Of a stretch of 64,000 bases of DNA, positions 48,935 through 57,440 are shown one piece after another. Made by a program: the position numbers and the translations under genes. The stretch lies in the IMG/VR virus record IMGVR_UViG_3300042861_002315; one strand, 5' to 3'. This DNA is from an uncultured virus (IMG/VR IMGVR_UViG_3300042861_002315). Its lineage: Duplodnaviria; Heunggongvirae; Uroviricota; Caudoviricetes. The notes beneath the pieces are model-generated. The model was given only the letters and a program-made list of their open reading frames with translations. It was not told where the DNA came from and did not search any database. Within the stretch, counting starts at the first letter, position 1. Each line of letters starts with the position of its first letter.

Positions 48935-49658
48935 TCCAATCGAGCAAAAACTAAAATCACTTCGTAACTTAAACAGTAATCAACCCGAACTACAGAAAAT
49001 AACAATACACAAAGCTAATAAAACTAGTTGGATTAACTGGAATCATATTCGCAACGCCTATGTTCTAGGTAAACGCATTGAAGAATTTGATGAGGAGACT
49101 GGACACACACGTATCTGGTCTGAGAGTTATAACTTAGAGGAGCTGGCGGATGAGTTTGGTGTTGGAATCAGTCAACTAACTAAGAAATCCGCTATCGAAG
49201 GTTGGGGTCAGCTTAGGAATAGTTACTTGGCGCGAGTACAAGAAGAGGCTCTTGGACGTGAGCTTGGTTACTTTACTAATGAGGAAAGTGAGGCTGAGGC
49301 GAACAGCTTAGCCATTATTCGTAAAGGGGTGAGACTGATTAATTTAGGGCTTGAGCAAGAGTATGGCGATTTACTTGAGGCTATGGACAGTAACGATGAT
49401 GTAGACTTGCGCGAATACAATACGGTCAATCTAAAGGCGCTGAATGAAGGAATCAAGGGGCTGAAGGCACTCCATGAGCTGCATAGCAAAGTCATGGAGC
49501 AAGCACCTAAGACTAATCAAGAGTTATTGGAGACGCTGAACCGTAGTAAGACAGTTGAGAGACTGAAAAATCCTAAAGAGCGTGAGAAATTGCAAAAGGA
49601 GTTACAAAAGAAATTGCAACTCCTTAGCCAGATTGAAGAGGATGATGACGAAGATTAA
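48924..49658 (+). CDS. Putative terminase small subunit
   Basis: NWNHIRNAYVLG...LEELADEFGVGISQLTKKSAIEGW matches the TerS N-terminal HTH pattern; coiled-coil C-terminus. Confidence 0.6.
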   Translation: MANSPIEQKLKSLRNLNSNQPELQKITIHKANKTSWINWNHIRNAYVLGKRIEEFDEETGHTRIWSESYNLEELADEFGVGISQLTKKSAIEGWGQLRNSYLARVQEEALGRELGYFTNEESEAEANSLAIIRKGVRLINLGLEQEYGDLLEAMDSNDDVDLREYNTVNLKALNEGIKGLKALHELHSKVMEQAPKTNQELLETLNRSKTVERLKNPKEREKLQKELQKKLQLLSQIEEDDDED

Positions 49659-49819
49659 TCTTGAGGAGGATTTGCCCATCTATTAGCTGCATCTCTAGCC
49701 TCTTGTCCTTCTTGTTTTAGTTTATCGATTCTAGCTTGGACTTCAGCAGCTTTACGCCTAACCTCACTAGATACATTTGTCGGAGTATTATTCTCATCAA
49801 TATTGATTGTTCTAGGAGC

Positions 49820-50821
49820 TTATCCAGATTGTCTTGCAGTGTTTGCATATAAATCGGAAGCATTTTTTCTTGCACGTACAGCAGCAATTCTATCATCCCA
49901 ATTTTTTTCGCTAGTCAGTCCCACTTTATCTGCCCACTTATCAAAACCTTGATTCTTGCGGCGTAGTTGTCCATAGCCTACAGCAGCAGTACCTCCAGCT
50001 ACAGTACCGATACCAGCTCCAGCTATAGAGCCTGTAGCAGTTCTACCCAATATTTTACCTACTCTTCCTAAAGCGGTTGTACTATCTTTTTCTTCTTGGG
50101 ATTCGCCAGCACCCATGCCTCTAGCTAATCCGTATACAGCGCCAGCACCTAATCCAGTTCTAGCTCCTAAAACAGCACCTACCGCACCTAAATTTGTAAG
50201 ACTAAAATTGGCATCTGATGAAGTGGCAAAATTGGCAAAATGTTGCATCTGTTTTTGTTGTGTGAAGTTTATTCTATTATTGTAGCCTGTCATAAATGGC
50301 TTACCTAAAGATTTCTTCCAATATAAATTTTTCATTTCTGCTTCGTCATACTTGGTATTCATGTTTTTAATAGCGTCATTGTCAATCAGTTTTACTTGAC
50401 GCTTGTTAACGTCGGGTTTTACTATATTGCCTTCATGTATATCTGTATGACCTAGACCTTCTTTTAAAAGACGATTTTGCATACGACCCACTTGACTACC
50501 AAGTTTGTATTGCTCTTTAGAATTAATTCCTTTAAATCTTTTCGGTAATGGTGTACCTGCGTAATTTTGAGTGTAAGAAACCATATTGCCAAGTTCGCGA
50601 TAGTTCTGAACTGGAGGTACTAGTCCTGTCGCTCTAGCAGCTTTATCTGCATTATTGTATTCTTTTCTGATTGCATCTACAAAAGCTTCTGGGTACTCTC
50701 GCTCAGGATTCATGTTGTCGATGCGTACTTTGTTTGTAGCAGGGAAATGTAGTACGCGCTTGTCTGGTGTAAGAAGAAGGGCTTTGGCGTTGCGGATTCG
50801 GGCGAAGTCGGTGATGTTCAT
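49820..50821 (-). CDS. Kinase-like domain fused to MQHFANF linker and glycine-zipper module (333 aa)
   Basis: HTDIHEGNI and VKLIDND catalytic-loop-like motifs; internal MQHFANFATSSDANF. Confidence 0.65.
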   Translation of the reverse strand: MNITDFARIRNAKALLLTPDKRVLHFPATNKVRIDNMNPEREYPEAFVDAIRKEYNNADKAARATGLVPPVQNYRELGNMVSYTQNYAGTPLPKRFKGINSKEQYKLGSQVGRMQNRLLKEGLGHTDIHEGNIVKPDVNKRQVKLIDNDAIKNMNTKYDEAEMKNLYWKKSLGKPFMTGYNNRINFTQQKQMQHFANFATSSDANFSLTNLGAVGAVLGARTGLGAGAVYGLARGMGAGESQEEKDSTTALGRVGKILGRTATGSIAGAGIGTVAGGTAAVGYGQLRRKNQGFDKWADKVGLTSEKNWDDRIAAVRARKNASDLYANTARQSG

Positions 50822-50825
50822 GTGG

Positions 50826-51188
50826 TTAGAATACTTTATAGAGGATATCGGGATTCAAAGACATTATTTTTCTTGACTCTGCGCTGAGGGGATTGCGGTC
50901 TGAAGTGCAGAAATAAAGCTTGGTACGTTCTTTGTTGTAATGCATGGCGTAGTGCCTGAGTTGAGAAATTGCAGATTTTAGGCTACTAGAATCGTTCCTT
51001 CTCTTACATTCAATAATGTGCCAACAAACACCGCCAGAGGGCAAGTATTCACGCACCAAGCAGTCTATACGTCCTGTGGGTACTTTTACCTCAGTTTGTA
51101 CGACAAAACCGCTAGACCGCATAAAATTGGCAACTGCGTCTCTGGTATATTTCTCTAGTGGTGGCGATGTTTTGCGCTTAGAGGTCAT
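50826..51188 (-). CDS. PD-(D/E)xK nuclease-like protein
   Basis: TEVKVPTGRIDCL...IIECK...AISQLRHY. Confidence 0.75.
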   Translation of the reverse strand: MTSKRKTSPPLEKYTRDAVANFMRSSGFVVQTEVKVPTGRIDCLVREYLPSGGVCWHIIECKRRNDSSSLKSAISQLRHYAMHYNKERTKLYFCTSDRNPLSAESRKIMSLNPDILYKVF

Positions 51189-51397
51189 TAGCTCTTTATA
51201 CGTTCCAACAACTCTTTTGATGCATTGGCTTTGGACAACGCTTTGGGCATGAGAGGAGGCTTGGCGATACTTTTCAGCATCTTTTTATCAGCCTTTTTGC
51301 CAGTTAGCGCTTTTAGTTCTTCTAGCTTAGGTGGAAAGATGTCAGGTAGCTTGGTTGCTGGTTTCTTGGTTGCTACTGGTGTGCTTAGTTCATTCAT
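51188..51397 (-). CDS. Small basic hypothetical protein
   Basis: 69-aa coupled ORF. Confidence 0.5.
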   Translation of the reverse strand: MNELSTPVATKKPATKLPDIFPPKLEELKALTGKKADKKMLKSIAKPPLMPKALSKANASKELLERIKS

Positions 51398-51690
51398 CTT
51401 GTGAGGGGCTGTCCAATGTTATTTCTATTGTACTGTACCTCGCTGACTCGGCGCATCTCGCCGTCGGACAGGTGCAGAAAGAACTGGTCGGGTTTGCAGT
51501 AGAGTCGTTCGGCAAAATCCCGCTCCACGTAAGTATAGCAGTTGTTAGGTATTTTGATGCGTACTTTTTGAACTACTGTGGGCTGTCGGTATGGGCGAAT
51601 GTCTTCGTGAGGGAATGAGAAAGAAAACGCTGGCGCTACGTCAGTGAAAAGAAGGGTGAGGGTTAGGGCGAGTGATTTAGGATTGGGCAT
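51394..51690 (-). CDS. Hypothetical protein with signal-peptide-like N-terminus
   Basis: LALTLTLLFTDVAPAFS. Confidence 0.5.
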   Translation of the reverse strand: MPNPKSLALTLTLLFTDVAPAFSFSFPHEDIRPYRQPTVVQKVRIKIPNNCYTYVERDFAERLYCKPDQFFLHLSDGEMRRVSEVQYNRNNIGQPLTR

Positions 51691-51732
51691 GGTTAGTTAT
51701 CTTGGTTTGTTTAGAAGTTTTGTGTCATTTTA

Positions 51733-52227
51733 CTATATCTTTTCAAAAAATACAACTCTGGAAGCATCAGTTTTTTGTTCGTAACCTAAATCTAGCATAG
51801 TTGCCTTCAGGGTTTTTTGGTCAGCTTCTGGAAAATCTTTACAAACTACTTTCAACTCTTTCAGGTATATCCTAGTGCGTTTTTTAGTCTTGTAGCAAGA
51901 AAAGTAGGTTTCGAGATAATTTTCTATAAAGACTTTCAGTAAATCTTCTTTGTCAGAAACTGGGTACATATTGGAAACCGCGTCTAATAGCTCTTCCCTT
52001 ACCTTTTTGTTGTAAGAGAACCATTCTCCACCTATCCTATAATTACTCAATTTGTCGTGCAATTTCTTTTCTTCTACAATTCCTCCTACGAAAGTTAGTA
52101 GTACATCAAGTCTGTCAGTTGTGCCTGTTTGCAAGGAAGCTAATCTTTTTAATGGGTCAGTTGCATAACCAATTTTTACCTCGTTTTTATTTGGACAATA
52201 GATAGCGTAGACGAATGTTTGTGTCAT
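51733..52227 (-). CDS. GIY-YIG (T5orf172/MUG113-like) domain protein
   Basis: FVYAI...VKIGYATDPLKRLASLQTG...EKKLH...GEWF. Confidence 0.85.
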   Translation of the reverse strand: MTQTFVYAIYCPNKNEVKIGYATDPLKRLASLQTGTTDRLDVLLTFVGGIVEEKKLHDKLSNYRIGGEWFSYNKKVREELLDAVSNMYPVSDKEDLLKVFIENYLETYFSCYKTKKRTRIYLKELKVVCKDFPEADQKTLKATMLDLGYEQKTDASRVVFFEKI

Positions 52228-52228
52228 G

Positions 52229-52918
52229 TTAATAGGTAGGTCTAAAGAATTTGGTAGCGCAAGAACCCGATTTTACAACTTCCCAACCAGCAGCTAATAA
52301 AATACTCTCAATTTCTTGTGTAGAAAGCTCTACAGAGCAGATTACTTTTTTTAGTGCTGGGATAGTAATATTTTTTCTGTTAGCTCTTGATTGTTTTAGT
52401 TCGTAAGCTTTTTCAATTACCAAGGCGTTTATAATGTCGCAATCAAAAAGCTCTTTGTCGTATTCAAGGTAGTTCTTGGCTTGCATGATGGCTCTGGCAA
52501 TAGTGGAGTTGTCAAACTCCCTGTAACCAATAAATGCTGCCAACTCTCTACGGAGGTAGTCATAAGCTTTATAGATTGTCTCCGCGTCACTTGCACCTTT
52601 GTAGTAAATTTTTGGATTTTCCTTATTCTCATCAAAGATAACTGAAAAATCTGCAAGTAGGTACTCATTATTTTTAAGTACGAGCGCCAACTTATTAGGT
52701 TTTATAGTTTTACCTTCATCTTGAGCTTTTGTAAGCTTAGATAACTCAGATGCAAATTGACTGACCATCATAGTAATCAAGGTAGCTACTTTAGTCTTAG
52801 ACGGTTCGGAATCTACGTCTGTAAGCTCGGCTACTGCCTGTTTTACGATTTCTAGGTCTGGTGGTATACGTTTCAACTCTGTTCGCAGACTATGGACTAA
52901 TTGGGAATCTGTGGTCAT
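52229..52918 (-). CDS. Hypothetical protein, paralog of 7731-8438
   Basis: Extensive motif identity with 7731-8438. Confidence 0.75.
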   Translation of the reverse strand: MTTDSQLVHSLRTELKRIPPDLEIVKQAVAELTDVDSEPSKTKVATLITMMVSQFASELSKLTKAQDEGKTIKPNKLALVLKNNEYLLADFSVIFDENKENPKIYYKGASDAETIYKAYDYLRRELAAFIGYREFDNSTIARAIMQAKNYLEYDKELFDCDIINALVIEKAYELKQSRANRKNITIPALKKVICSVELSTQEIESILLAAGWEVVKSGSCATKFFRPTY

Positions 52919-52937
52919 CTACAATCATTACTTTTTT

Positions 52938-53115
52938 AAACTATGTAAACATTGTAGCATACCTAAAACTATGTAAGGTATTTTTCGATTTACAAAGATA
53001 AGGTTGGATTCGCTTATTTATCCTTGTAGGCAAATTGCTGTATCTTTGTAAGTGGTTATTTTGATTTTAAGTGCTAAGGGCTTATTTTGGCATCTATCTT
53101 TGTAATTACATAGTT
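52938..53115. repeat. Cluster of direct and inverted 10-11 bp repeats
   Basis: AACTATGTAA at 52939 and 52967, inverted at 53106. TATCTTTGTAA at 53041 and 53095, inverted at 52990, degenerate at 53019. Confidence 0.7.
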
Positions 53116-53195
53116 AACTATTTATCATCGTCATCATCGGGACACTCCGTAGCCCTACGGCGATTGAGTAGGCTGTATAAAATTTCCCTTATACT

Positions 53196-53245
53196 TTTGC
53201 TAACTGTATAAAGAACTTTGCTAATCGAATACGCTGTTTTGCTAA
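53196..53245 (+). repeat. Three TTTGCTAA repeats with 21-bp period
   Basis: Copies at 53196, 53217 and 53238. Confidence 0.7.
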
Positions 53246-53688
53246 CGTTTCATAGTATGTATGAATGTTCGAGTATTATCGAACAATGCTGTGATGGCGC
53301 AAACTCGTTGCTATATGTGCAATTTGTTGCATAGTAATATAGTTGTAGGTGTTTTATAGGGTTTGATGAAGCAAATGATAATCATTCTCATTCTCGTTTA
53401 ACTCTCGTATATACGAACATCACATGAGCATATCCCATACTTCCCTCACACAAATATCATATATCCCTTATCTATCTCTAAGTCAAATATCATCCTTTTC
53501 ATTATAAATTCAGTATCATACGATACAGATTAAGCTACACTCTATACTGTATAATGCTTTCAGCGCATAAATAAAGCGCTCAGACAACTTTCACCAAGGA
53601 GAAATAAAAAAGAACCTCACTTACCCTCACATAACGAACATGAAAATAATATAATGGGAGATTAAAAATATTCAATTTAAAAAAAGTG

Positions 53689-53717
53689 TTGACATTCTAG
53701 ATTAATCTTGATAACTT
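53689..53717 (+). promoter_or_regulatory. Sigma70-type early promoter P1
   Basis: TTGACA-17 bp-TAACTT with upstream A-tract. Confidence 0.75.
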
Positions 53718-53831
53718 GATTTACATGAGATACGAGATAAGCAAAGCCAAGCAGTCAAACGCAAAGCCAAGCGCTCTAACTCATAGCCTATCTAGTTTCT
53801 AGCTGACTCAAAAAGATTTTTTCTTTAGGGC

Positions 53832-53860
53832 TTGCAATTTAAAAGGAACTAAGCTAAGCT
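53832..53860 (+). promoter_or_regulatory. Sigma70-type early promoter P2
   Basis: TTGCAA-17 bp-TAAGCT with upstream A/T tract. Confidence 0.6.
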
Positions 53861-53898
53861 ACTAAGGCGATTAAGAAACCACACCACACTAAAACATT

Positions 53899-54048
53899 AT
53901 GTATCACGTTATTTTAACTAAAAACCGTTCTGTACGCTATTTCGACAGAGAGACTAAAGCAGTATCTAATACTCTCCCTTTAGATATCTCTAAGTTAATT
54001 TCTAGTCATGAGACTAGATTAGAGGCTATTCGAGCTTGTAATAAATAG
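53899..54048 (+). CDS. Small early protein (49 aa, MYHVILTKNRSVRYFD...)
   Basis: Manual translation; lies between P2 and the first conserved hairpin. Confidence 0.5.
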   Translation: MYHVILTKNRSVRYFDRETKAVSNTLPLDISKLISSHETRLEAIRACNK

Positions 54049-54091
54049 GTTATTCCTAGCAGTACGGTTTCACTGTATTGCTAAGAGTACC
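54048..54091 (+). promoter_or_regulatory. Conserved intergenic hairpin copy 1 (TTCC-TA...TA-AGAG)
   Basis: TAGCAGTACGG/CTGTATTGCTA stem with G-U pairs. Confidence 0.7.
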
Positions 54092-54135
54092 CTTAAAGTC
54101 TCTAAGAGCGCTTACCTCTTTGATATTAAGCGATA

Positions 54136-54154
54136 GTACCTTGAAAACTGAATA
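54136..54154 (+). promoter_or_regulatory. rrn-type boxA antitermination element
   Basis: GTACCTTGAAAACTGAATA resembles the cyanobacterial rRNA spacer boxA (GAACCTTGAAAA). Confidence 0.6.
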
Positions 54155-54620
54155 TAGACTAACGTCAAATCACATCAAGTAATCAGTCTTGAGTGTCAAA
54201 GCTTAGTACCTGTGTAAAAAATATCCTGTGATAAGGTTGCGAGTGGAAAAGTACGATTAGTCAGTAGGGATTAAGTAAATAGCTTTACAACCTATTTACA
54301 TCTCGTTAAATTAGCAATGACTCTAGAGTAATTTAAGATATCTCTAGACAGCCGTAAGTTTGATAGAGTTCTAAGAACTATCAGCGCTTGCAATACCATT
54401 TTGAGGCGCTATAACAAAACACTGCGATGAGCTTAAATAATCGCGTTACTTCTTTCTGTAAAGAGAGGGTAACTAAGACAAAAACTAAGTAGCTCTGACT
54501 ATTCAAGATTGCTATAGGCTACTAGCTGAAATACCGCTAGAGACAGCTAAGACATATTCTTAGGTCTAATACACTATCCAATCTAATAGAACGCTGTAAC
54601 AGGCAAAAAGTGAGCTATGT
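54155..54620 (+). ncRNA. Candidate large structured non-coding RNA (family not assigned; ends approximate)
   Basis: No ORF >=60 aa; about ten consecutive helices, a loop-E-like AGUA/GAA motif and a GNRA tetraloop. Confidence 0.55.
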
Positions 54621-54656
54621 AGTCTAGTCCTAACTGTGCTGTAACAGAGGTACATT

Positions 54657-54863
54657 ATGATACAAACTACAATCCTATTTTATAAGTGGTTGGCTTTTGC
54701 AATTCTTTTAGAAGTGCATAATAACGCTTATATGTGTTTTATTCCTGATTACTCTCTTAGTGATTGGGATAAACAGTTGCACTATATTGCACAAGAAAAA
54801 CTCAGTGATGCTTGGTTTTCCCTGACTAACGAAATTTATACTCAAATATTTAAAAACAAATAA
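54657..54863 (+). CDS. Early hypothetical protein (68 aa)
   Basis: GAGG upstream of ATG. Confidence 0.55.
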   Translation: MIQTTILFYKWLAFAILLEVHNNAYMCFIPDYSLSDWDKQLHYIAQEKLSDAWFSLTNEIYTQIFKNK

Positions 54864-54926
54864 ACGAAGTAAATACAGCACAGCTAAGACTAGCACTATC
54901 GCTATGTCTATTATCGTGAGGTAATC

Positions 54927-55181
54927 ATGTATCTTGCTACTTTTAAGTATCCTGAAAGTGACTATGTAAGCGCTTTACAGGTTGAGAGTAAAGAAGCTCT
55001 TACAACACTTTTCAATGAGTTAAACGAAGAGCATCAACCGATTGATGTTAAGTTCTATCCTATTGAACAAGTTGAAGAGCGCTATATTTCTAGTAATGGG
55101 AGTATAGATAAGGTTTGGTGTATGAAAGATAAGGCATTACGAAAGATTGTCTTGTCTGGCAAGTATGCTAAAACCTTGTAA
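54927..55181 (+). CDS. Early hypothetical protein (84 aa)
   Basis: GAGG RBS plus ATG. Confidence 0.65.
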   Translation: MYLATFKYPESDYVSALQVESKEALTTLFNELNEEHQPIDVKFYPIEQVEERYISSNGSIDKVWCMKDKALRKIVLSGKYAKTL

Positions 55182-55277
55182 CATTATGGGAGAGGGGGCG
55201 TACCCTTATTCAACCCTATCAACTTTTTCTATATCCCCCAAAAAAATCTCAAACTATCTATGAGGCAATGAAATAAA

Positions 55278-55655
55278 ATGGTTCAATACAACTTGATAAA
55301 AAGAGCAGAAGAAAAAGATTACGAACTTCTGCAAGAGAAAGGCTTTTTCGGTATTGATGCAAGTCTTGAAGAATCGCTTGAAGAATATAACCTAGCTATA
55401 TCGTATAACTCTGGTTGGGGCGATATTGGTGACTGTACGGTATTATATCGCAGCAATGATGCAGACGGCTCTAGGACATGGAAACAAACCTATGTAGACG
55501 GTGCAGAAATTTGTGCCAAAGTTGATGCAAGTTGGTTTGACAAAAAAGCGTTTTTCTCATTCATTGATTCTACTGATAATGATTGGAAACTACAGCCACT
55601 AGTGCATCAACTCTACAGCCTAATACAGTACTATGGTGTAGACAATATCTTGTAG
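55278..55655 (+). CDS. Early hypothetical protein (125 aa)
   Basis: Acidic ORF in early array. Confidence 0.7.
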   Translation: MVQYNLIKRAEEKDYELLQEKGFFGIDASLEESLEEYNLAISYNSGWGDIGDCTVLYRSNDADGSRTWKQTYVDGAEICAKVDASWFDKKAFFSFIDSTDNDWKLQPLVHQLYSLIQYYGVDNIL

Positions 55656-55701
55656 TGATTATTCCTAGCTGTAGCGTGACAGTACAGCTAAGAGTATTCA
55701 C
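55655..55701 (+). promoter_or_regulatory. Conserved intergenic hairpin copy 2
   Basis: GTGA..ATTCC-TAGCTGTA/TACAGCTA-AGAGT..TCAC. Confidence 0.7.
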
Positions 55702-55756
55702 TCTAACAGTGTATATCTCTACTAACCTCTAAACTTGCCTATAGGGTAAGGAACCA

Positions 55757-56293
55757 ATGAACAAACGTGAGATTATAGCCGAAGGGCTACAACGTGGCTA
55801 CAGCATCGCAAAGTCGATAGACCTTGTAGGTATCGGTGGCTATGGTGACGGTCAATTTTTAGATGAACGTGGGAAAGTTAGAATTACTTCTCAAAATTGG
55901 CTAGAGTTCCATACTAACTATGCTTATGAGTGCGAAAGTCAAGATAGACAGTTTTCCCCTTTTGAGTTCTTGGCTAACGACATTAACGCGACTGAAGATA
56001 ATCCTAGAGTCAAATTTGAGCCTTGGTTTGAATTTGACGAAGCAATCTCTAGAGGTATCCGCAAAGCGCTGAAAGAGCGATGGAAGTCTATTCGTATGAC
56101 TAAGGAAGATTACTGGAAAACCTTTGATGGCAGTCGCGATTTGTTTGATACAGTATGGCGCAAATTACGAAGCTATGCCAAGTCTTCTATTGATTTAGAT
56201 TGGAACGATAACAATGCAGTTGAAGATTGGCTAGATACCTTATCTAGTGAACTTGTAAACGACTCTAGCAGTAGGTTTTACATCTATGGGTAA
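55757..56293 (+). CDS. Early hypothetical protein (178 aa)
   Basis: AAGGA RBS plus ATG. Confidence 0.7.
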   Translation: MNKREIIAEGLQRGYSIAKSIDLVGIGGYGDGQFLDERGKVRITSQNWLEFHTNYAYECESQDRQFSPFEFLANDINATEDNPRVKFEPWFEFDEAISRGIRKALKERWKSIRMTKEDYWKTFDGSRDLFDTVWRKLRSYAKSSIDLDWNDNNAVEDWLDTLSSELVNDSSSRFYIYG

Positions 56294-56492
56294 ATCAAAA
56301 TGTAAACAAAAAGGATATCAGCGCAAAACTAGAGATTTGTACGATATCCTACAGCGAACTGTCTACGGTGTAGAAGTTGTATGTACTGAAACATCATGGG
56401 CAGATTGCAAAACTAATTTGAAGCTTTACCGTGAAGCAGACCCAAGAGGGCAGTATTTGTATAGAAAATATAGAGAGAGAATTGCATCATGA
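56286..56492 (+). CDS. Early hypothetical protein (68 aa)
   Basis: Coupled ORF. Confidence 0.6.
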   Translation: MGKSKCKQKGYQRKTRDLYDILQRTVYGVEVVCTETSWADCKTNLKLYREADPRGQYLYRKYRERIAS

Positions 56493-56689
56493 CACTAACA
56501 CAAGCAATTGACTGGCTACAAAATCTACCTTGTATCGAAGAAAATCAAACTGATGAGACACTAGACCATGAACAGTGGCTTCAATTAGAATCTAAATCTA
56601 GGCAAGCTATCGATATTGTGGAGGACTTTCTAAGTAACTCTAAAATGAACTTGATAAAAATTGAACAAAATCTTTGGTGGGAAAAATAG
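56489..56689 (+). CDS. Early hypothetical protein (66 aa)
   Basis: ATGA overlap with the previous stop. Confidence 0.6.
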   Translation: MTLTQAIDWLQNLPCIEENQTDETLDHEQWLQLESKSRQAIDIVEDFLSNSKMNLIKIEQNLWWEK

Positions 56690-56701
56690 AATAATCGCTT
56701 G

Positions 56702-56756
56702 ACATTTTTCCTAACTGTCTGTAGGCTTTAAATTTACAGACAGTCAAGAGCAATGT
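56702..56756 (+). promoter_or_regulatory. Conserved intergenic hairpin copy 3
   Basis: TTCC-TA-ACTGTCTGTA/TACAGACAGT-CA-AGAG. Confidence 0.7.
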
Positions 56757-56817
56757 AGCTATCGCTTATAGCGCTCTTTTCACTCACGCTCAAACTAACT
56801 ACAGGTTAGGAATTATA

Positions 56818-57339
56818 ATGAAACCAACAACAGAAAATATTATTACTCGCAGTACTGAAACTGATAATGTAATTGGCATCTATGAAGTGTTTATCTCGCA
56901 TCAGCGCAATCCTGATATAGATAGAAATAAAAAATCTAAAAACTTTCAAGATGATAGTGACGCTTGGCTTGTAGTCATCAATGGTCAACGCTTTGATTAC
57001 TATACAGGCGTAGGGCATCGTCATATCGATAGAATGACTGTGCTTGGTACTAAGTGGGATTATGACTACATTAAAAAGAATCGTCATAAATTGTATATGG
57101 ATGTTCTGGTACAAGTCTCGAAACCCGTAACCCCAAAATTCGATAGTATATTGGCTTGTCTAGTACAAGATGCTGTGGGTAGCGCCCAAACGTTTGATAA
57201 TTGGTGTAGCGACTATGGCTACGATACAGACTCTCGCAAAGCTCTCGACACATATATGGCTTGTCAAGAAACAGCTAAAAAGTTGAGACTCGCTAGAGTG
57301 CCTGTAACAGCAGAAGCAGAACGTCTACAGGATTACTAG
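56818..57339 (+). CDS. Early hypothetical protein (173 aa)
   Basis: AGGA RBS; TFDNWCSDYGYDTDSRKA segment. Confidence 0.75.
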   Translation: MKPTTENIITRSTETDNVIGIYEVFISHQRNPDIDRNKKSKNFQDDSDAWLVVINGQRFDYYTGVGHRHIDRMTVLGTKWDYDYIKKNRHKLYMDVLVQVSKPVTPKFDSILACLVQDAVGSAQTFDNWCSDYGYDTDSRKALDTYMACQETAKKLRLARVPVTAEAERLQDY

Positions 57340-57391
57340 AACTTTCCTAGCAGTACTCATATTTCGTTTGGGTATTGCTAAGAGCGCTCTA
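57337..57391 (+). promoter_or_regulatory. Conserved intergenic hairpin copy 4
   Basis: TTCC-TAGCAGTACTCA/TGGGTATTGCTA-AGAG. Confidence 0.7.
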
Positions 57392-57440
57392 AGCGACTCT
57401 ACCTAACCAATCTAAAACTAGCTATAGGCTAGGAACTATC

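Noticed and set aside
53741..53772. 12-bp direct repeat GCAAAGCCAAGC between P1 and P2
   Set aside because: Only two copies and no supporting context for a function
52920..54656. tRNA or rRNA genes in the non-coding region
   Set aside because: No cloverleaf with T-loop consensus and no rRNA-like sequence found by eye, despite the boxA-like motif
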